Shown piece after piece: positions 9,313-21,422 of a stretch of DNA of 64,000 nt (positions are counted from its first letter, which is position 1; each line of letters starts with the position of its first letter). The DNA is taken from NCBI GenBank assembly GCA_044356455.1, contig JBIKWF010000003.1, positions 32,001-96,000 on the forward strand, in the 5' to 3' direction. The position numbers were made by a program, and so were the translations under genes. Source of the DNA: Bdellovibrionota bacterium. GTDB taxonomy: Bacteria > Bdellovibrionota_C > UBA2361 > JBGSMV01. The notes beneath the pieces were generated by a model that saw nothing but the letters and a program-made list of their open reading frames with translations, did no database searches and was not told the DNA's origin.

Positions 9313-10733
9313 GCGACAGGACCCCTCCCAAGCGGCTCTTTGAGCGCGTCTTTGAAGCACGCACCTCGCTTCCTTGCTCTGCCGAAACCGCATTCGCATG
9401 GCACGAAAGAAGCGGCGCGTTTGAGCGTCTCAACCCGCCGTGGGATCCCGTCCGAGTACTTACCCGAGCGGGGGGAATTCGCGACGATGCACAGGTAACA
9501 CTCGCGGTTCCGCTTGGACCCTTTGCCCTCAAGTGGGAACTAAGGCACGAGAACTACATCAAGAACGTTCAATTTAAGGATGTGCAGGTGCGCGGCCCCT
9601 TCTCCGCCTACGCACACACCCATCGCTTCGAACCGCAGGGGCCCAATGAGTGTGTTCTCGAAGACCGAATTGTCTACAAGCTCCCGCTTGCACCTCTGGG
9701 AGAATGGTTCGGCGGCTCATTCACTCGTGCAAAACTTGCACGGGCCTTTGCCTATAGGCACCGCATAACCACTGCCGATCTGGCCTCGCATCAACGATAT
9801 GCACAGCTGCCGAGGCTGCGAGTTCTTGTCTCAGGCACCTCTGGACTTGTGGGCTCCCAACTCGCTGCCTACCTCTCTACTGCGGGGCACTCAGTGAAGC
9901 GCCTCGTGAGAACGCCGCATCCACGTGCGCCTGATGAGATTTGCTGGGAACCCGGCGCGCACGTGAATTTCCCCTCCCTGACTGGAATTGATGCCGTGGT
10001 ACACCTTGCGGGGGACGGCATTGCGAACGGACGATGGACCCAAGAAAAGAAACTTCGCATTCGCAATAGCCGAGTGCAGGGAACCCGCAGCCTTTGCGAG
10101 TCTCTGCTTGCTCTTACTCCTCGGCCAAAGGTCCTGATATGCGCCTCAGCGGTAGGGATTTACGGCGATCGCGGAGATGAAATTCTCACAGAGGACTCAA
10201 CGCTTGGAGAGGGTTTTCTTGCAAGCGTTTCAAAGGAATGGGAAGAGGCAACTCATATCGCAGCCGACGCAGGAATTCGCGTAGTGCACCTAAGGCTTGG
10301 AGTAGTGCTGAGCCCTCAAGGCGGCGCGCTTAAGAAAATGCTTCTCCCTTTTAAACTAGGCCTTGGTGGTGCGCTCGGATCTGGGACTCAATGGATGAGC
10401 TGGATTGGTCTCGATGACGTCCTCGGGATAATCGAACACGCGCTCTGCACCGATGCGCTGTATGGCCCGTATAATGCGGTAGCGCCCGAGCCTGTAACAA
10501 ATTACCACTTCACTAAAGCTCTTGGACGAGCCCTCCATCGCCCAACCGCCTTTGCCGTCCCTCGCTTTATTGCAGATATAGCTTTTGGTGAGATGGCAAA
10601 GGAAGCTCTCTTTGCGAGTGCCCGCGTGAGTTCAGCAAAAGTGGAACAATCTGGATATCAGTTTCGATGCAGAACGATAGATGACGCCTTGAACTATTCG
10701 TTCGGCCTCCTCAAACCATCGAATTCGAAATAG
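9309..10733 (+). CDS. SRPBCC domain fused to TIGR01777 family NAD-dependent epimerase
   Basis: N-terminal FAWHER..AFERLNPPW..GPF..HTHRF; then VSGTSGLVG, ASAVGIYG, GSGTQWMSWI. Confidence 0.9.
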   Translation: MSDRTPPKRLFERVFEARTSLPCSAETAFAWHERSGAFERLNPPWDPVRVLTRAGGIRDDAQVTLAVPLGPFALKWELRHENYIKNVQFKDVQVRGPFSAYAHTHRFEPQGPNECVLEDRIVYKLPLAPLGEWFGGSFTRAKLARAFAYRHRITTADLASHQRYAQLPRLRVLVSGTSGLVGSQLAAYLSTAGHSVKRLVRTPHPRAPDEICWEPGAHVNFPSLTGIDAVVHLAGDGIANGRWTQEKKLRIRNSRVQGTRSLCESLLALTPRPKVLICASAVGIYGDRGDEILTEDSTLGEGFLASVSKEWEEATHIAADAGIRVVHLRLGVVLSPQGGALKKMLLPFKLGLGGALGSGTQWMSWIGLDDVLGIIEHALCTDALYGPYNAVAPEPVTNYHFTKALGRALHRPTAFAVPRFIADIAFGEMAKEALFASARVSSAKVEQSGYQFRCRTIDDALNYSFGLLKPSNSK

Positions 10734-10753
10734 TGGCGAATTCGAAATAGTGG
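10720..10753. repeat. 17-bp perfect tandem duplication
   Basis: CGAATTCGAAATAGTGG x2, spanning the stop codon of the upstream gene. Confidence 0.9.
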
Positions 10754-10832
10754 CCTCAAAATCAGGAAGCGAAAACCGTAGCTCAACAGAATTGTGCCTA
10801 TTGCATAGCAAGGGTGGAGAGCCTGGCCCTCG

Positions 10833-12092
10833 TTAATGCGCGCGGCACTCGTGCCCCCTTGATAAAATCAAAGGGTCGACGAACTTCACTTTTATTACGA
10901 GCCGAGTATTCGATGCCGACGGCTGGCCATTCACTACAAGGTCACGATACTGGCTCAGTCTGCGCTTGACTCCGAGTCCGGCTAAGCTCTCTCCCAAGAA
11001 TGCACGCAAAAATTCGGTGGCATCAGATTGAGCATCCCAATTCGTCTGCCAAACAATTAAATACTCGCTTGGACGAGCGCTTCTTCTGAAGAGATCCACT
11101 CGATCGCCTCCCCACCCTTGAGCACCTTGTATGGCTGCTTCAAGTTTCTTGGATGTTTCTCGAAGAATCACGCGAGTGACAAACTCTCCTAACGTATCAT
11201 GATACAGACTCGCGCCGAACTCGGGAGGAACGCTTGCTTCGGGTAGAATACTAAAATCAGGCGCGCCCTCCGCCCGTTTCTCTGAGTGAAGTATCTCTTC
11301 AGTGCTCCGAGGTGGCGACTTAAAGGCCGCATCAACGGCTGAGTACCCCTCTTTGCGAAGGAGCCCGGTGACATATCGAAGCCCAGCGGTGTAAGGAAAT
11401 TGCACGAGCTGCTGCAACGCCTCCGGATAGTCGGCAGAAAAGGGGGCTGAAAATCCGTCCTCAAATCCATCCGCGGCTTGTAGCCCCACTTCAGAGAGGG
11501 CGCCTTGCCCCGCCGAGCGCTGCTCCGCATCCAAGACCAGAGCCGTGGCTTCTCCCTCCACGAGGCTCATTCGCGCAAGAACTTCATCACCCGTAAAATC
11601 CTTGGAGTTCACAAAGCGTTCCAAGTCCCAGCGCTGGTCCTGCAGCGCATGTCCCAACTCATGAACCGCCACACCGCGCTGCGAAGCAGGCGGAGTCCAG
11701 TCGGCCATGGAAAACGATTTAGTGCGGGGATCGTAGAAGCCACCAAGCGCCGACTCGTATACCGAGTGAACTGCTTGAGGATAATTGAAGGACTCAGCGA
11801 ACATCCCCAAAGCTCTGAGAACAATCCCTTCGAACTCCAGATCGCAAGGCCCCACCTCTTCTTGGATACGAGCCTTCACGTATTGGCCAATAGCAGCTTT
11901 GCTAAGAACTCGGCACGAAACATCGCCTTTAAATTTCGTTCCCCGGGTATCCTCAACCACGGCTCGAGCTTCTTGGACAGTCGCGCAATAAACGTGTTCA
12001 CCGACCTCTGCAAAACTTTGAGCAGGTAAAAGAAATTCGGCCAATACGAGAAGAGCCGCTGCACACCGAGGCAGCGTGGTAGTTACGCGCAT
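10833..12092 (-). CDS. Exported protein with zincin-like HExxH motif
   Basis: Signal peptide after ATG 12092 (ORF track extends to 12257); GGFYDP, VAVHELGHALQDQ, LVEGEA, FPY..GLRYV, PPRSTEEILH, TLGE, GWGGD. Confidence 0.75.
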   Translation of the reverse strand: MRVTTTLPRCAAALLVLAEFLLPAQSFAEVGEHVYCATVQEARAVVEDTRGTKFKGDVSCRVLSKAAIGQYVKARIQEEVGPCDLEFEGIVLRALGMFAESFNYPQAVHSVYESALGGFYDPRTKSFSMADWTPPASQRGVAVHELGHALQDQRWDLERFVNSKDFTGDEVLARMSLVEGEATALVLDAEQRSAGQGALSEVGLQAADGFEDGFSAPFSADYPEALQQLVQFPYTAGLRYVTGLLRKEGYSAVDAAFKSPPRSTEEILHSEKRAEGAPDFSILPEASVPPEFGASLYHDTLGEFVTRVILRETSKKLEAAIQGAQGWGGDRVDLFRRSARPSEYLIVWQTNWDAQSDATEFLRAFLGESLAGLGVKRRLSQYRDLVVNGQPSASNTRLVIKVKFVDPLILSRGHECRAH

Positions 12093-12326
12093 AGTTGAGC
12101 TTCTAAAGGGAGAGAACTTCCTATAATGACGTGGACTATAGCGGTGCGAGACCGATTTGCGCCAAGGGTGAATACTACTAGGGAGACTTGCATCAGGCAG
12201 ATTCGCGGTAGGCACTCCTCGCTGCGACTGGCAGGTAAGCGACTGGCAGATAAGCAACTGCCATGTGTCGAAGAATTTTGCCGTTTCCGAATCTGGAGGC
12301 CCGAGCTGAATCAGCCGCTATATGAA

Positions 12327-13661
12327 TCAGCCCACATATGAATCGGCAAGGTCTACCTGTGCGGGCACAACACCCCTATCTTTGATCCCCTCTGCAGGAC
12401 CGCTTTGTGCGAACGCAGGATTTGGCTTCCAGACAAACCTAGTAGTTCTCTTAGGCCCGACTTCCTCATATGAGGGTCGATAGTCGCGCTCATCTATCCG
12501 CGCGGTGTGAACGATATAGGTATTGCGTTTGCAGAGACCAGGGTAACATTGGGAAGGCTCCAGGCGGACTGAGACATCCCCACGTTCTATCTTTATTAAG
12601 CGAGTAATACCGAGCTCCTCTGCGAGTAAGCGCCTCACTGCCTCAACCGGATGCTCTCCTCCTATGGTCAACGACTCGTTCGGATATCGGTTTTCGACTT
12701 GGTTCGCCTTCACAAGCATCGCCTTCTCTGCGGGCAGTGCTCCTAGGTTGCGGCGTCTACGAATTCTTCCATCACAAAACTCTTGGTAGTCTTCGAAAAG
12801 GCGCTGAGTTCCATCGGGAGATTCAAGCCAGAGCAAGACGACCTTGTTCTCCAAATAAACAATACCATCTTCGACTGACAGGAGCCCCTCACCCTCGCTC
12901 AGCTCCTTAGCCAGATCCTCAATATCTTTTGCTTCTCCCCGGCCCCAGGTTTCGTAATGCACTCCCTGCTCATGCAGCCAAACCTTTAGCCGAATCTCGA
13001 AATCCTTGAGGTTAAAGCCTGGAGTTCCCGGCAGAGGAGCTTCGAACGTCTTCAAGGCGGGCCTAAAGGTCGAGCAAACAAGCTCGCCCCTCCCGCATAA
13101 ATCATCTAAGGCACAGAGCCCCTGCTCGAAGGTTTCGGGCACTCTGAGCAACTCGGCCGCACGGCCCAAGTTTTCCGAAGTTAGCTCCCGTTCCCTGTCG
13201 CTTAAAGTTGAAACAATATCAAAATGCCTTACTAGAGTTTCAACAGATCGCCCATCGGCCCCAACATCCTTGCGTTCCATGGAAAGCGTCAGTGGGGGGG
13301 TGGTGTTATCTAGAGAACGGTCGGCAAGAGGAGCCCTATAGAGCAGTACCAACCATTCGACGCCAGCACTATCTCGCGCGTCAAAGCCCTCGACGTCACC
13401 GTTCCTTACCTCAATCTGAGGTGAAACGGAGACGCCCATAGTAATCTGGTCAAGAGTAAGCAACTCGGCCGCAAGTGGAGGACCCGAAAGCAAAGAGCCC
13501 CCACGCAGAAGCTCCTGCTGCTCGACAGGCTCGAAAGCACTGAATTGATTAGATTTATCTGATCGAGAGAGAGAGGAACTAGGATTTTCTCCTTGCCCGT
13601 CTCCCCGAATTTCGCGGGAAGAGCTGTTCTTAGAATGAGAAGAACCAACTACCTGCGACAT
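12327..13661 (-). CDS. Hypothetical protein with C-terminal Nudix-fold-like domain
   Basis: WGRGEAKDIEDLAKELSEGE, AEK...EHPVEAVRRLLAEELG (degenerate Nudix box), YPGL, RFVW. Confidence 0.6.
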   Translation of the reverse strand: MSQVVGSSHSKNSSSREIRGDGQGENPSSSLSRSDKSNQFSAFEPVEQQELLRGGSLLSGPPLAAELLTLDQITMGVSVSPQIEVRNGDVEGFDARDSAGVEWLVLLYRAPLADRSLDNTTPPLTLSMERKDVGADGRSVETLVRHFDIVSTLSDRERELTSENLGRAAELLRVPETFEQGLCALDDLCGRGELVCSTFRPALKTFEAPLPGTPGFNLKDFEIRLKVWLHEQGVHYETWGRGEAKDIEDLAKELSEGEGLLSVEDGIVYLENKVVLLWLESPDGTQRLFEDYQEFCDGRIRRRRNLGALPAEKAMLVKANQVENRYPNESLTIGGEHPVEAVRRLLAEELGITRLIKIERGDVSVRLEPSQCYPGLCKRNTYIVHTARIDERDYRPSYEEVGPKRTTRFVWKPNPAFAQSGPAEGIKDRGVVPAQVDLADSYVG

Positions 13662-14191
13662 CGGGGGGCCTCACCGTTATGTCTGTACCAGGCCGGTTCC
13701 GGTAACATCCCTTGCTGCTGCTGCATGCGCCCCCCCAAAAAGAGTGGAACTGTGCAAGAGACGCTGGCGGAAGAAGCATACCCTTGGCAACTGCTCACTT
13801 CCGAGAGCCGGGAATCCGGCAATTGAAGCGCTCTAAGGTTGTCACCTATTGTAAGCAGCCCCATTGAAACAAGCCTTTCTAAATGCAGCCTACGAGCGAA
13901 GCGATACATTAAAAATGCAGCCCAGTCTAAATGCAACCTTGCGATGCCGAGGGAGTTCGAAAAGATTCACTTGGCTTCCTATATTTCTTAGTAGGGCAAG
14001 TAAACTTTCTTATCAATAGGTTATGATCGTTTATTTAAAAAAAGACGAGGAGCTGCGCCCAAGAAGTCTCACCGCCCGCAGTCCCCAAGGGCCATGAGAC
14101 TGCGCTTAGTCCGTCGAAGGTGGGAGCAATCGAAGGTAGAATTTTTCAAGGGCGGTTTGCCTGTATTCGATTGAATTTCTATAGTCAGCGA

Positions 14192-17100
14192 GTGAAGCGA
14201 ACCTCTCAATCTCTCGTCATTCGCGGAGCCCGCGAAAACAACCTCAAATCCATCGATGTTGATATCGAGCACGACAAACTGACTGTCGTAACCGGTCTCT
14301 CTGGTTCGGGAAAATCATCTCTGGCTTTTGATACGGTCTATGCCGAAGGGCAAAGGCGCTACATCGAAACCTTCTCCCCCTACACCAGGCAGTTCTTTGA
14401 CAAGGTAAAGAAGCCCGACGTCGACACAATACACCACGTCCGCCCTGCCATCGCGATTCAGCAGCGAAACAGGGTAACCGGTTCCCGCTCCACCGTTGGC
14501 TCAATGACCAACATCAACGACTACCTCAAGATATTGTGGAGCAACCTTGCTCGCCCCGCCTGCCCAAGCTGCGGGATTGAGCTCTCGAGCACCTCCGCGC
14601 GCCGACTTGCAGAGGTCCTGAGCGAATGGACCATTCTCAAGCCTGAAAAGTCCTTCCTTATATGTGCCGAGATATCTCTTAGTGCTCGCGGAGCAAATGC
14701 TGAAAGCACGAGTCCCAAGAAACCGAAGAAAAAGATCAGCAAACGCATCGACAATCCTTCAAACGAAGAGACCTCAGACCCAGCCTCTATCGAGAAAACG
14801 ATTCAGGAACTGCTCGCTCTCGGATACAGCCGAATTCTTGAGCCACTTTCCGCCGAAGTCCACTCTCTTGAAGAGGCGCCTACGAGCGTCGTCTTCCCTG
14901 GCAGAAGATTACTCGTGGTCCTGGACCGGGTTAAGGGAGGGTCACCTGCGAATGCCGCTCAGCGCAAAAGAGTCCAAGAGTCAGTCGAACAAGCCTACCA
15001 GCTGCATACCCATCGATTCGTAAGCGGCGCGCATGCCCGCGAGGTGTGTATCGTCGCGGAAACTTCGCGGGCAGACTCTCCCCATGGTCTCACTCGCAGA
15101 CCCTTTCTGCGCATCTCACACGCCCCCTCCGGGTTTGCTGAAACCTCGCAAAGAGGGACTCGTGCCCTACCTTACGAACTACACGAATTCTCACCTGTCT
15201 ACCGCTGCCCCGAAGGGACCTTGAGCCTTCCTCCCCCGAAGCCATCTCTTTTTTCTTTCAATCATCCGATAGGCGCATGTCCCGACTGCAAGGGATTCGG
15301 AAAAACACTGACGGTTGATCCCGTACTATGTGTCCCGAACCCAATGCTCTCGATTAAAGAAAAGGCTCTGCAATGCTGGGCAGGCCCGTCAGCGAAGCTT
15401 GAGTACCGTGACCTTCTCAAGTTTTGTGCGGCGGAAAAAATCTCAACCACTATTCCATGGAACGATCTCTCGGCGAGCGACAAAGAGAAAATCTTTAAAA
15501 CTAAGACCAAAGACTACTGGGGAGTACTTCCCTGGTTTACCTGGCTCGAGCGCAAGACTTATAAAATGCATGTACGCGTCTTTCTCTCGCGTTACCGTAG
15601 CCAAACAGACTGTGCCACGTGTCGGGGTACCAGACTTCGGCCGGAAGCGCTCGCCTACCAGGTCGCCGGTCGAACGCTCCCCGAACTATGGAATCTCCCC
15701 ATAGGAGAGCTTACTGATTTTCTAGCCCACGTCCGGGACCAGCGGAAAAGTGCGCGCGACTTGCCCCGCGCACTTCATGAGCTTTTCTCCCCACTCCTTG
15801 CCCGGCTTGGCTTTCTTAACGATTTGGGACTTTCCTACCTCACTCTTGAGCGCCAAGCCCGGACGCTCTCGGGCGGTGAAACACAGCGTGTAAACCTTGC
15901 GGCAGCGCTTGGAAGCGACCTTATCTCCACCCAGTTTGTCCTTGATGAGCCATCGGTGGGACTCCACGCCCGGGACACGGAGCGCCTGATACGCTCCGTG
16001 AGGACTCTTTCTGAGCGCGGCAATAGTGTGCTCGTCGTAGAGCACGACCTCGACTTTATTCGCAGCGCTGACAACATTATTGAAGTTGGGCCAAAGGCGG
16101 GTGAACACGGCGGCGAAATTACCTATTCTGGCCCTTTGCAGAACTGGAAAGGAATTGAGATTACCCCTGTCACATCGAAAGGCGCCGCTTCGACAATAGA
16201 GGCCTCAGATAAGAAGCTCGTCGTCACCAACGCTGCCGCGAGAAACCTCAAGAATCTCTCGTTTGAAATCCCTCTAAGCCGCTTCGTTGGCCTTACGGGA
16301 GTTTCGGGGAGCGGCAAAAGCTCTCTCGCACACGAAGTAATTGTCAGGGCGTATGAACGCTTTCGCATTGGGCTTGCGCCCGAAGGAACCGAAAATCTTG
16401 TTGATGGTTTCGAGCAGGTACGCGAGGTACTGGTCATAGATCAAGCTCCGCTGGCGAAGAGTCCGCGCGCGAATATTGCAACCTACTCCGGCATCTGGGA
16501 CACCGTCCGACTTCTACTCGCCGCGACAGACGATGCCCAGACCCGCGCACTCTCGAAGTCCGCCTTCTCGTTTAATGTCGACGGCGGGCGCTGCCCTGAA
16601 TGTAGTGGCGCGGGATTTATTCGCGAAGACATGCAGTTTCTTAGTGACGTCTACATTCCTTGCGAAGTGTGCCTCGGGAAAAGATTCCAGCAGACCGTCC
16701 TCGAGGTAAAATTTCGAGGTAAGGAGGTAAGCCAACTCCTTTCAATGTCTCTCGAAGAATGCGTGAGCTTCTTCTCGAAGGAGGAAGGCATTCGGCTTGC
16801 CGCGCGAATCTTGTGTGACCTTGGACTTGGTCACCTCACCTTAGGTCACCCTTTAAGCGAGCTTTCGGGCGGCGAGGCTCAGCGACTTAAACTGGTTCCT
16901 GTTCTACACCAGTCACATACAAGCGGAACTAAAAGCGAATCGGCTCAGGATAAAAGAAGGTCGCTCCTCATTTTTGATGAACCAACTACCGGACTGCACC
17001 ACCACGACGTGATGCGCCTGGTGAAGTTGTTCCAAAATCTAACCTCTCAAGGGCATAGCATTCTCTGCATCGAACACAACCTTGCCTTACTCGCCGCCGC

Positions 17101-19852
17101 GGATTGGCTCATAGATCTGGGACCTGAAGGCGGAAAAGCAGGGGGCCTCTTGGTGGCCACCGGCACACCCGCCTCGTTTTGCAGCTCGCAAACGATAAAA
17201 AAATCACATACCGCGAGGCATCTTAAAGCCTTTATTGAAGGCACGAGTCCTCGTCTCAACAAGGTTCCTGAAGCAAAAAATCCCAAAAACCGAAGCACAA
17301 ACCAAAAGCTCGAGATTATTGGGGCAAGAGAGCACAACCTTAAAGAAATCACCTTGGGGGTGCCCCTTAACACCTTCGTTGCATTAACTGGTGTCTCCGG
17401 CTCAGGCAAATCTACTATCGCCAAAGATATCATTTACGCGGAAGGCCAGAGGCGCTATCTCGACTGCCTCTCGCCGTACGCTCGGCAATTCATCAAAGAG
17501 CTCAAGAAGCCAGAGATAGATGACATTAAGAATGTCAAACCAACGATTTGTGTCTATCAGCACACCTTTCAACCGTCGAAACTATCGACGGTCGCAACCA
17601 TGTCTGAGGTCTACAACTTCCTGCGACTTCTCTACGCCAAAACCGGCGTGCAACACTGCCCCGATCATCCCGAGCACCGTATTACGCCTCTCTCACCAGA
17701 AGACATCGCTGCGACAATTAAAAGACTTCCCGAAAAGAGTATTCGGGTGCTTGCTCCCATCATTAAGCTCAAGAAAGGAAATCATCGCGCGGTGCTTGAA
17801 CGCGCGGTGGCGTCTGAGGTTTCGCAAATTCGAGTTGACGGAGTTTTTCTATCGCCAAGTTCAATCAACGTAGGCGGTGGACTAGAGAAAACGAAAGTGC
17901 ACTCAATAGATTTCGTCATTGGCAAATTCAATCCCGCCAATGTGGGGCTAGACCTTATCACTGAAACGGTAGCTCAAGGCCTAAGTCTTGGTGGCGGAAC
18001 TATCCTTGTCCTGACCGAAAAGGGTGAAAGCATTTATAGCACCGATAGAACCTGCCCCGTATGCAAACAGGGCTTTTTTAAACCAGACCCTGAAGATCTA
18101 TCCTTCAACTCGCGCCGAGGGCGCTGCAAAACCTGCGAGGGTAGTGGCGTTGAGATTATCTCGAAGCGCGGCAAAGAACCTATGCCGCAAGTCTGCTCCG
18201 ACTGTCACGGCGCTCGCATTGGCCCACTCGGCCGGAATCTACGGCTTGGAGGCCGAGCGATTCATGAAGCGACCGCACTTACTCCCCACGAACTAGAAGA
18301 AGCGTTGAAGGATCTCATTTTCTCTGAATTTCACCACGCACTCGCCGAACCGGTCCTTAAAGAGCTCTTTACTAAAATTGAGACTTTGCGCGGCGTGGGA
18401 CTGGACTATCTTAAACTATCGCGGGATTGCGCAACGCTTTCAGGCGGAGAGCTGCAGCGACTACGGCTTGCCACCGCGATGGGCTCAACGTTGAGCGGCG
18501 CCATGTACATTTTTGATGAGCCTAGCGCAGGACTTCATCCGCTCGATAATCAGAAGGTGCTGTCACGGCTGCGAACGCTCCTCAATCAAGACAATTCTAT
18601 CATCATGATAGAACATGATAGCGATAGCATTAGAGCTTCTGACTACGTGATTGATATTGGTCCCGGGGGCGGAAAAAACGGTGGAATGGTAGTATACGAA
18701 GGTTCAACTGCTTCATTTCTCGCGACAGGAAAATCAGTCACGGCGGAATGCCTCCGCGCGGAGCATCTACAGGCCCCCCTCCCTCCGCCTTCCGCACTCC
18801 CAGGAACTCTCACCATCAAGGGCGGCTCAGCTAATACCGTCAAGGATCTTAACCTCACTCTCCCTCTCGGTTCACTTGTTACGGTGGCCGGGGTCTCAGG
18901 CGCAGGCAAGAGCTCGTTCGTTCACGGCATCCTTCGCGCAGCACTAGAAACCGCTGAGAAACCAACAACGGAATGGCACTTCCAGGGCTCTCACCTTTCG
19001 AGCACTCTTCAGATTGACCGAATACTCGAGGTCGACCAGAAACCCATTGGCATTAACTCGCGCTCTACGCCGGCCTCTTACTTGAAAATATTCGATGAAA
19101 TCCGCGAACTGTTCGCGAGCACCAACGAGGCGAAAGCCCGGGGCTGGAAGAGCGGGCACTTTTCTTACAACTCGGGAAAAGGCCGCTGCCCTGAGTGCAA
19201 GGGACTGGGTTCGATTAAGCTAGAAATGAGCTTTCTGCCCGATGCTCAAGTTCGATGCGAAACCTGCCAGGGTTTGCGCTACACTGATGAGGCTCTTACG
19301 GTTCGTTATTTAGGACTGTCTATTTGTGACGTGCTCAAGCTCACGTTCGAAGAAGCAAAGACAATTTTTGCAAACCACCGCAAAGTTCATCAGTCGCTCC
19401 ATCTCGCCTGCGAACTTGGCATTGGCTACCTCACGCTTGGACAGAGCTCCACGACGCTATCGGGCGGAGAAAGTCAGAGAATTAAACTTGTAGCGGAGCT
19501 TGCAGGCACGCGCCGCGGTCACACCCTGTACCTCCTTGACGAGCCAACGACAGGGCTTCACAAGAGTGACGTGGCGCGTCTCATTACCACGCTAAGAGAA
19601 CTCGTTCACCGCGGGAATTCAGTGCTCGTGATCGAACATGACCGTGACATGCTGCTCGCCTCCGACCATGTGATTGAGTTTGGTCCTGGACCTGGGGAGG
19701 CTGGAGGGCGAGTCATTTTCCAGGGCTGCCCCAAGCAGCTACAAGAAGCAGATACGAGTTGGGGGCAGGTATTGCGAGCGTCCTCGCGCGCCTCAAACCA
19801 AGTGCGCAGCACGGCGAGCCTTCCTTTTGGCAGCTCAGAAGCGCAAGCCTAG
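14192..19852 (+). CDS. uvrA: Excinuclease ABC subunit A, double-length form with four ABC modules
   Basis: Four Walker A motifs ([16 protein letters not shown] x2, GVSGAGKS), four LSGGE signatures, four DEP Walker B motifs, YAEGQRRY twice, CxxC zinc modules. GTG 14192 is the likely start (ORF track 14120). Confidence 0.95.
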   Translation: MKRTSQSLVIRGARENNLKSIDVDIEHDKLTVVTGLSGSGKSSLAFDTVYAEGQRRYIETFSPYTRQFFDKVKKPDVDTIHHVRPAIAIQQRNRVTGSRSTVGSMTNINDYLKILWSNLARPACPSCGIELSSTSARRLAEVLSEWTILKPEKSFLICAEISLSARGANAESTSPKKPKKKISKRIDNPSNEETSDPASIEKTIQELLALGYSRILEPLSAEVHSLEEAPTSVVFPGRRLLVVLDRVKGGSPANAAQRKRVQESVEQAYQLHTHRFVSGAHAREVCIVAETSRADSPHGLTRRPFLRISHAPSGFAETSQRGTRALPYELHEFSPVYRCPEGTLSLPPPKPSLFSFNHPIGACPDCKGFGKTLTVDPVLCVPNPMLSIKEKALQCWAGPSAKLEYRDLLKFCAAEKISTTIPWNDLSASDKEKIFKTKTKDYWGVLPWFTWLERKTYKMHVRVFLSRYRSQTDCATCRGTRLRPEALAYQVAGRTLPELWNLPIGELTDFLAHVRDQRKSARDLPRALHELFSPLLARLGFLNDLGLSYLTLERQARTLSGGETQRVNLAAALGSDLISTQFVLDEPSVGLHARDTERLIRSVRTLSERGNSVLVVEHDLDFIRSADNIIEVGPKAGEHGGEITYSGPLQNWKGIEITPVTSKGAASTIEASDKKLVVTNAAARNLKNLSFEIPLSRFVGLTGVSGSGKSSLAHEVIVRAYERFRIGLAPEGTENLVDGFEQVREVLVIDQAPLAKSPRANIATYSGIWDTVRLLLAATDDAQTRALSKSAFSFNVDGGRCPECSGAGFIREDMQFLSDVYIPCEVCLGKRFQQTVLEVKFRGKEVSQLLSMSLEECVSFFSKEEGIRLAARILCDLGLGHLTLGHPLSELSGGEAQRLKLVPVLHQSHTSGTKSESAQDKRRSLLIFDEPTTGLHHHDVMRLVKLFQNLTSQGHSILCIEHNLALLAAADWLIDLGPEGGKAGGLLVATGTPASFCSSQTIKKSHTARHLKAFIEGTSPRLNKVPEAKNPKNRSTNQKLEIIGAREHNLKEITLGVPLNTFVALTGVSGSGKSTIAKDIIYAEGQRRYLDCLSPYARQFIKELKKPEIDDIKNVKPTICVYQHTFQPSKLSTVATMSEVYNFLRLLYAKTGVQHCPDHPEHRITPLSPEDIAATIKRLPEKSIRVLAPIIKLKKGNHRAVLERAVASEVSQIRVDGVFLSPSSINVGGGLEKTKVHSIDFVIGKFNPANVGLDLITETVAQGLSLGGGTILVLTEKGESIYSTDRTCPVCKQGFFKPDPEDLSFNSRRGRCKTCEGSGVEIISKRGKEPMPQVCSDCHGARIGPLGRNLRLGGRAIHEATALTPHELEEALKDLIFSEFHHALAEPVLKELFTKIETLRGVGLDYLKLSRDCATLSGGELQRLRLATAMGSTLSGAMYIFDEPSAGLHPLDNQKVLSRLRTLLNQDNSIIMIEHDSDSIRASDYVIDIGPGGGKNGGMVVYEGSTASFLATGKSVTAECLRAEHLQAPLPPPSALPGTLTIKGGSANTVKDLNLTLPLGSLVTVAGVSGAGKSSFVHGILRAALETAEKPTTEWHFQGSHLSSTLQIDRILEVDQKPIGINSRSTPASYLKIFDEIRELFASTNEAKARGWKSGHFSYNSGKGRCPECKGLGSIKLEMSFLPDAQVRCETCQGLRYTDEALTVRYLGLSICDVLKLTFEEAKTIFANHRKVHQSLHLACELGIGYLTLGQSSTTLSGGESQRIKLVAELAGTRRGHTLYLLDEPTTGLHKSDVARLITTLRELVHRGNSVLVIEHDRDMLLASDHVIEFGPGPGEAGGRVIFQGCPKQLQEADTSWGQVLRASSRASNQVRSTASLPFGSSEAQA

Positions 19853-19985
19853 AGAGCTTCTGAAAAACTCACCTCTGCGCACCTTCGTGTCCTCCGCGGT
19901 GAAATTTCATCAAGGAATTCACCACAGAGGAGACAAAGGTTCACGGAGGTGTATTAAGAATGGAGGTTTTCCAGGGGTTCCCTAG
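19849..19985. mobile_element. MITE-like palindromic element, copy 1 (137 bp, diverged)
   Basis: CTAG-AGAGCTTCTGAAAAAC ... GTTTTCCAGGGGTTCC-CTAG; internal CTCCGCGGT / ACCACAGAG arms; the left CTAG contains the uvrA stop. Confidence 0.75.
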
Positions 19986-20107
19986 CAGATCGCCCAAACA
20001 ACGTTCCCCATCCTCTATAGCGCTCCCTACGCCCGACCTTCGCAATCTCCACGCCCCATGGGTGCATCTTAATCCGCGACATTGCACAACTAACCAGGGA
20101 GCCACTC

Positions 20108-20857
20108 ATGTGCAAAAAGGCTTTCAAAGCGCTCGCGTTTATCCTCTGTAGCTTCTGCATCGTGGTTCCTGCTCACTGCCAAGAGGAGCAAGAAAGCGCA
20201 TGGTCGGTAGACACTTCAGTCGATCTCTTTAGCGATTACATGTTCCGAGGTCTTCTCCTGTATGAAGGAGCATCAATTCAGCCTTCGTTAACCATTAGCT
20301 ACGATACTGGGTTTGGCTCTCTCACCGTCTCAGAGTGGATGCATTTCTCCGCAGAGACTGGAAGAACGGAAGGCCGCTTTACAGAACTTGATAGCACGCT
20401 CGAATACTCACATGCCGTGGGGCCGTTCACCTTAGCCATAGGACATGTATTTTATAGTTTTAGCGACTACGGAGACGGAAGCGACATTGCGGATACAAGC
20501 GAGATTTACACGACTGTTGCCGCAGACGTTTTTCTCTCACCAACGTTTAGTTTTTATCACGACTACCGCGAATTCCATGCACAGTATTACGAGCTCGCGC
20601 TTAGTCATGAATTTGCTTTGCCAGGTGCAAAAACCGAAGACATTACCCTCACGCCTTCCATCGCATTTGGGTTTGGTTCGAACACGGAGAATCTCTACGC
20701 TGATAATGGTGGATTCGATCAGATAACTACCGGCGTTGCGCTAAGCATCCCGCTTGGAACGCTCAGTATCTCACCCGGACTCTACTACACGTTTGGAATT
20801 GACGATCTAGTAGATAATCGATTCTGGTTTGGAACCAACCTTACCGCTTCTTTTTAA
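20108..20857 (+). CDS. Putative outer-membrane beta-barrel protein (TorF/Gcw_chp-like)
   Basis: Signal peptide, SDYMFRG, IQPS, ELD, C-terminal Phe. Confidence 0.75.
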   Translation: MCKKAFKALAFILCSFCIVVPAHCQEEQESAWSVDTSVDLFSDYMFRGLLLYEGASIQPSLTISYDTGFGSLTVSEWMHFSAETGRTEGRFTELDSTLEYSHAVGPFTLAIGHVFYSFSDYGDGSDIADTSEIYTTVAADVFLSPTFSFYHDYREFHAQYYELALSHEFALPGAKTEDITLTPSIAFGFGSNTENLYADNGGFDQITTGVALSIPLGTLSISPGLYYTFGIDDLVDNRFWFGTNLTASF

Positions 20858-20923
20858 AGAAGCTTCCGAGAATATCCAGGCCCACCGGGGCACGCGAGAA
20901 AGAACTTCCTTCGACAGGGATTA

Positions 20924-21265
20924 TTATGACTTTTTCACGAACTCAGACTTAAGTCCCATCTCTCCAATCCCAGGAATCTTACAATCAATGTCATGATCCC
21001 CATCAACCAGGCGGATATTCTTCACCTTCGTGCCAACTTTCACGACTGAGGAGGAACCTTTGACTTTAAGGTCTTTGATGACGGTCACCGTATCTCCATC
21101 TTGCAGTGCATTTCCGTGGGCGTCCTTCACTACTCGTGCCGCCTCACTTACTTCGCTTTTTACCTCGATTGACCACTCGTGAGAACACTCGGGACAGACG
21201 AAAAGACTTCTATCTTCGTACGCATACTCGGAGTTGCACTTAGGACAAGAGGGGACCGTAGACAT
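20924..21265 (-). CDS. phnA: PhnA/YjdM zinc-ribbon protein
   Basis: [44 protein letters not shown]. Confidence 0.95.
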   Translation of the reverse strand: MSTVPSCPKCNSEYAYEDRSLFVCPECSHEWSIEVKSEVSEAARVVKDAHGNALQDGDTVTVIKDLKVKGSSSVVKVGTKVKNIRLVDGDHDIDCKIPGIGEMGLKSEFVKKS

Positions 21266-21422
21266 AAAAATACCTCATTAGCGAGCTACTAAGCAGGCTC
21301 TAAAAGAAAGGGGCTACAGGACTACAACGGGAAGCTATCTACTGCAACGAAACCAAGTTCTCCCGCCAGCTTAAAGAAAGAGCGAAAGCATCTAAGGCCG
21401 TATTTTTGATGGCCATCTCGCG

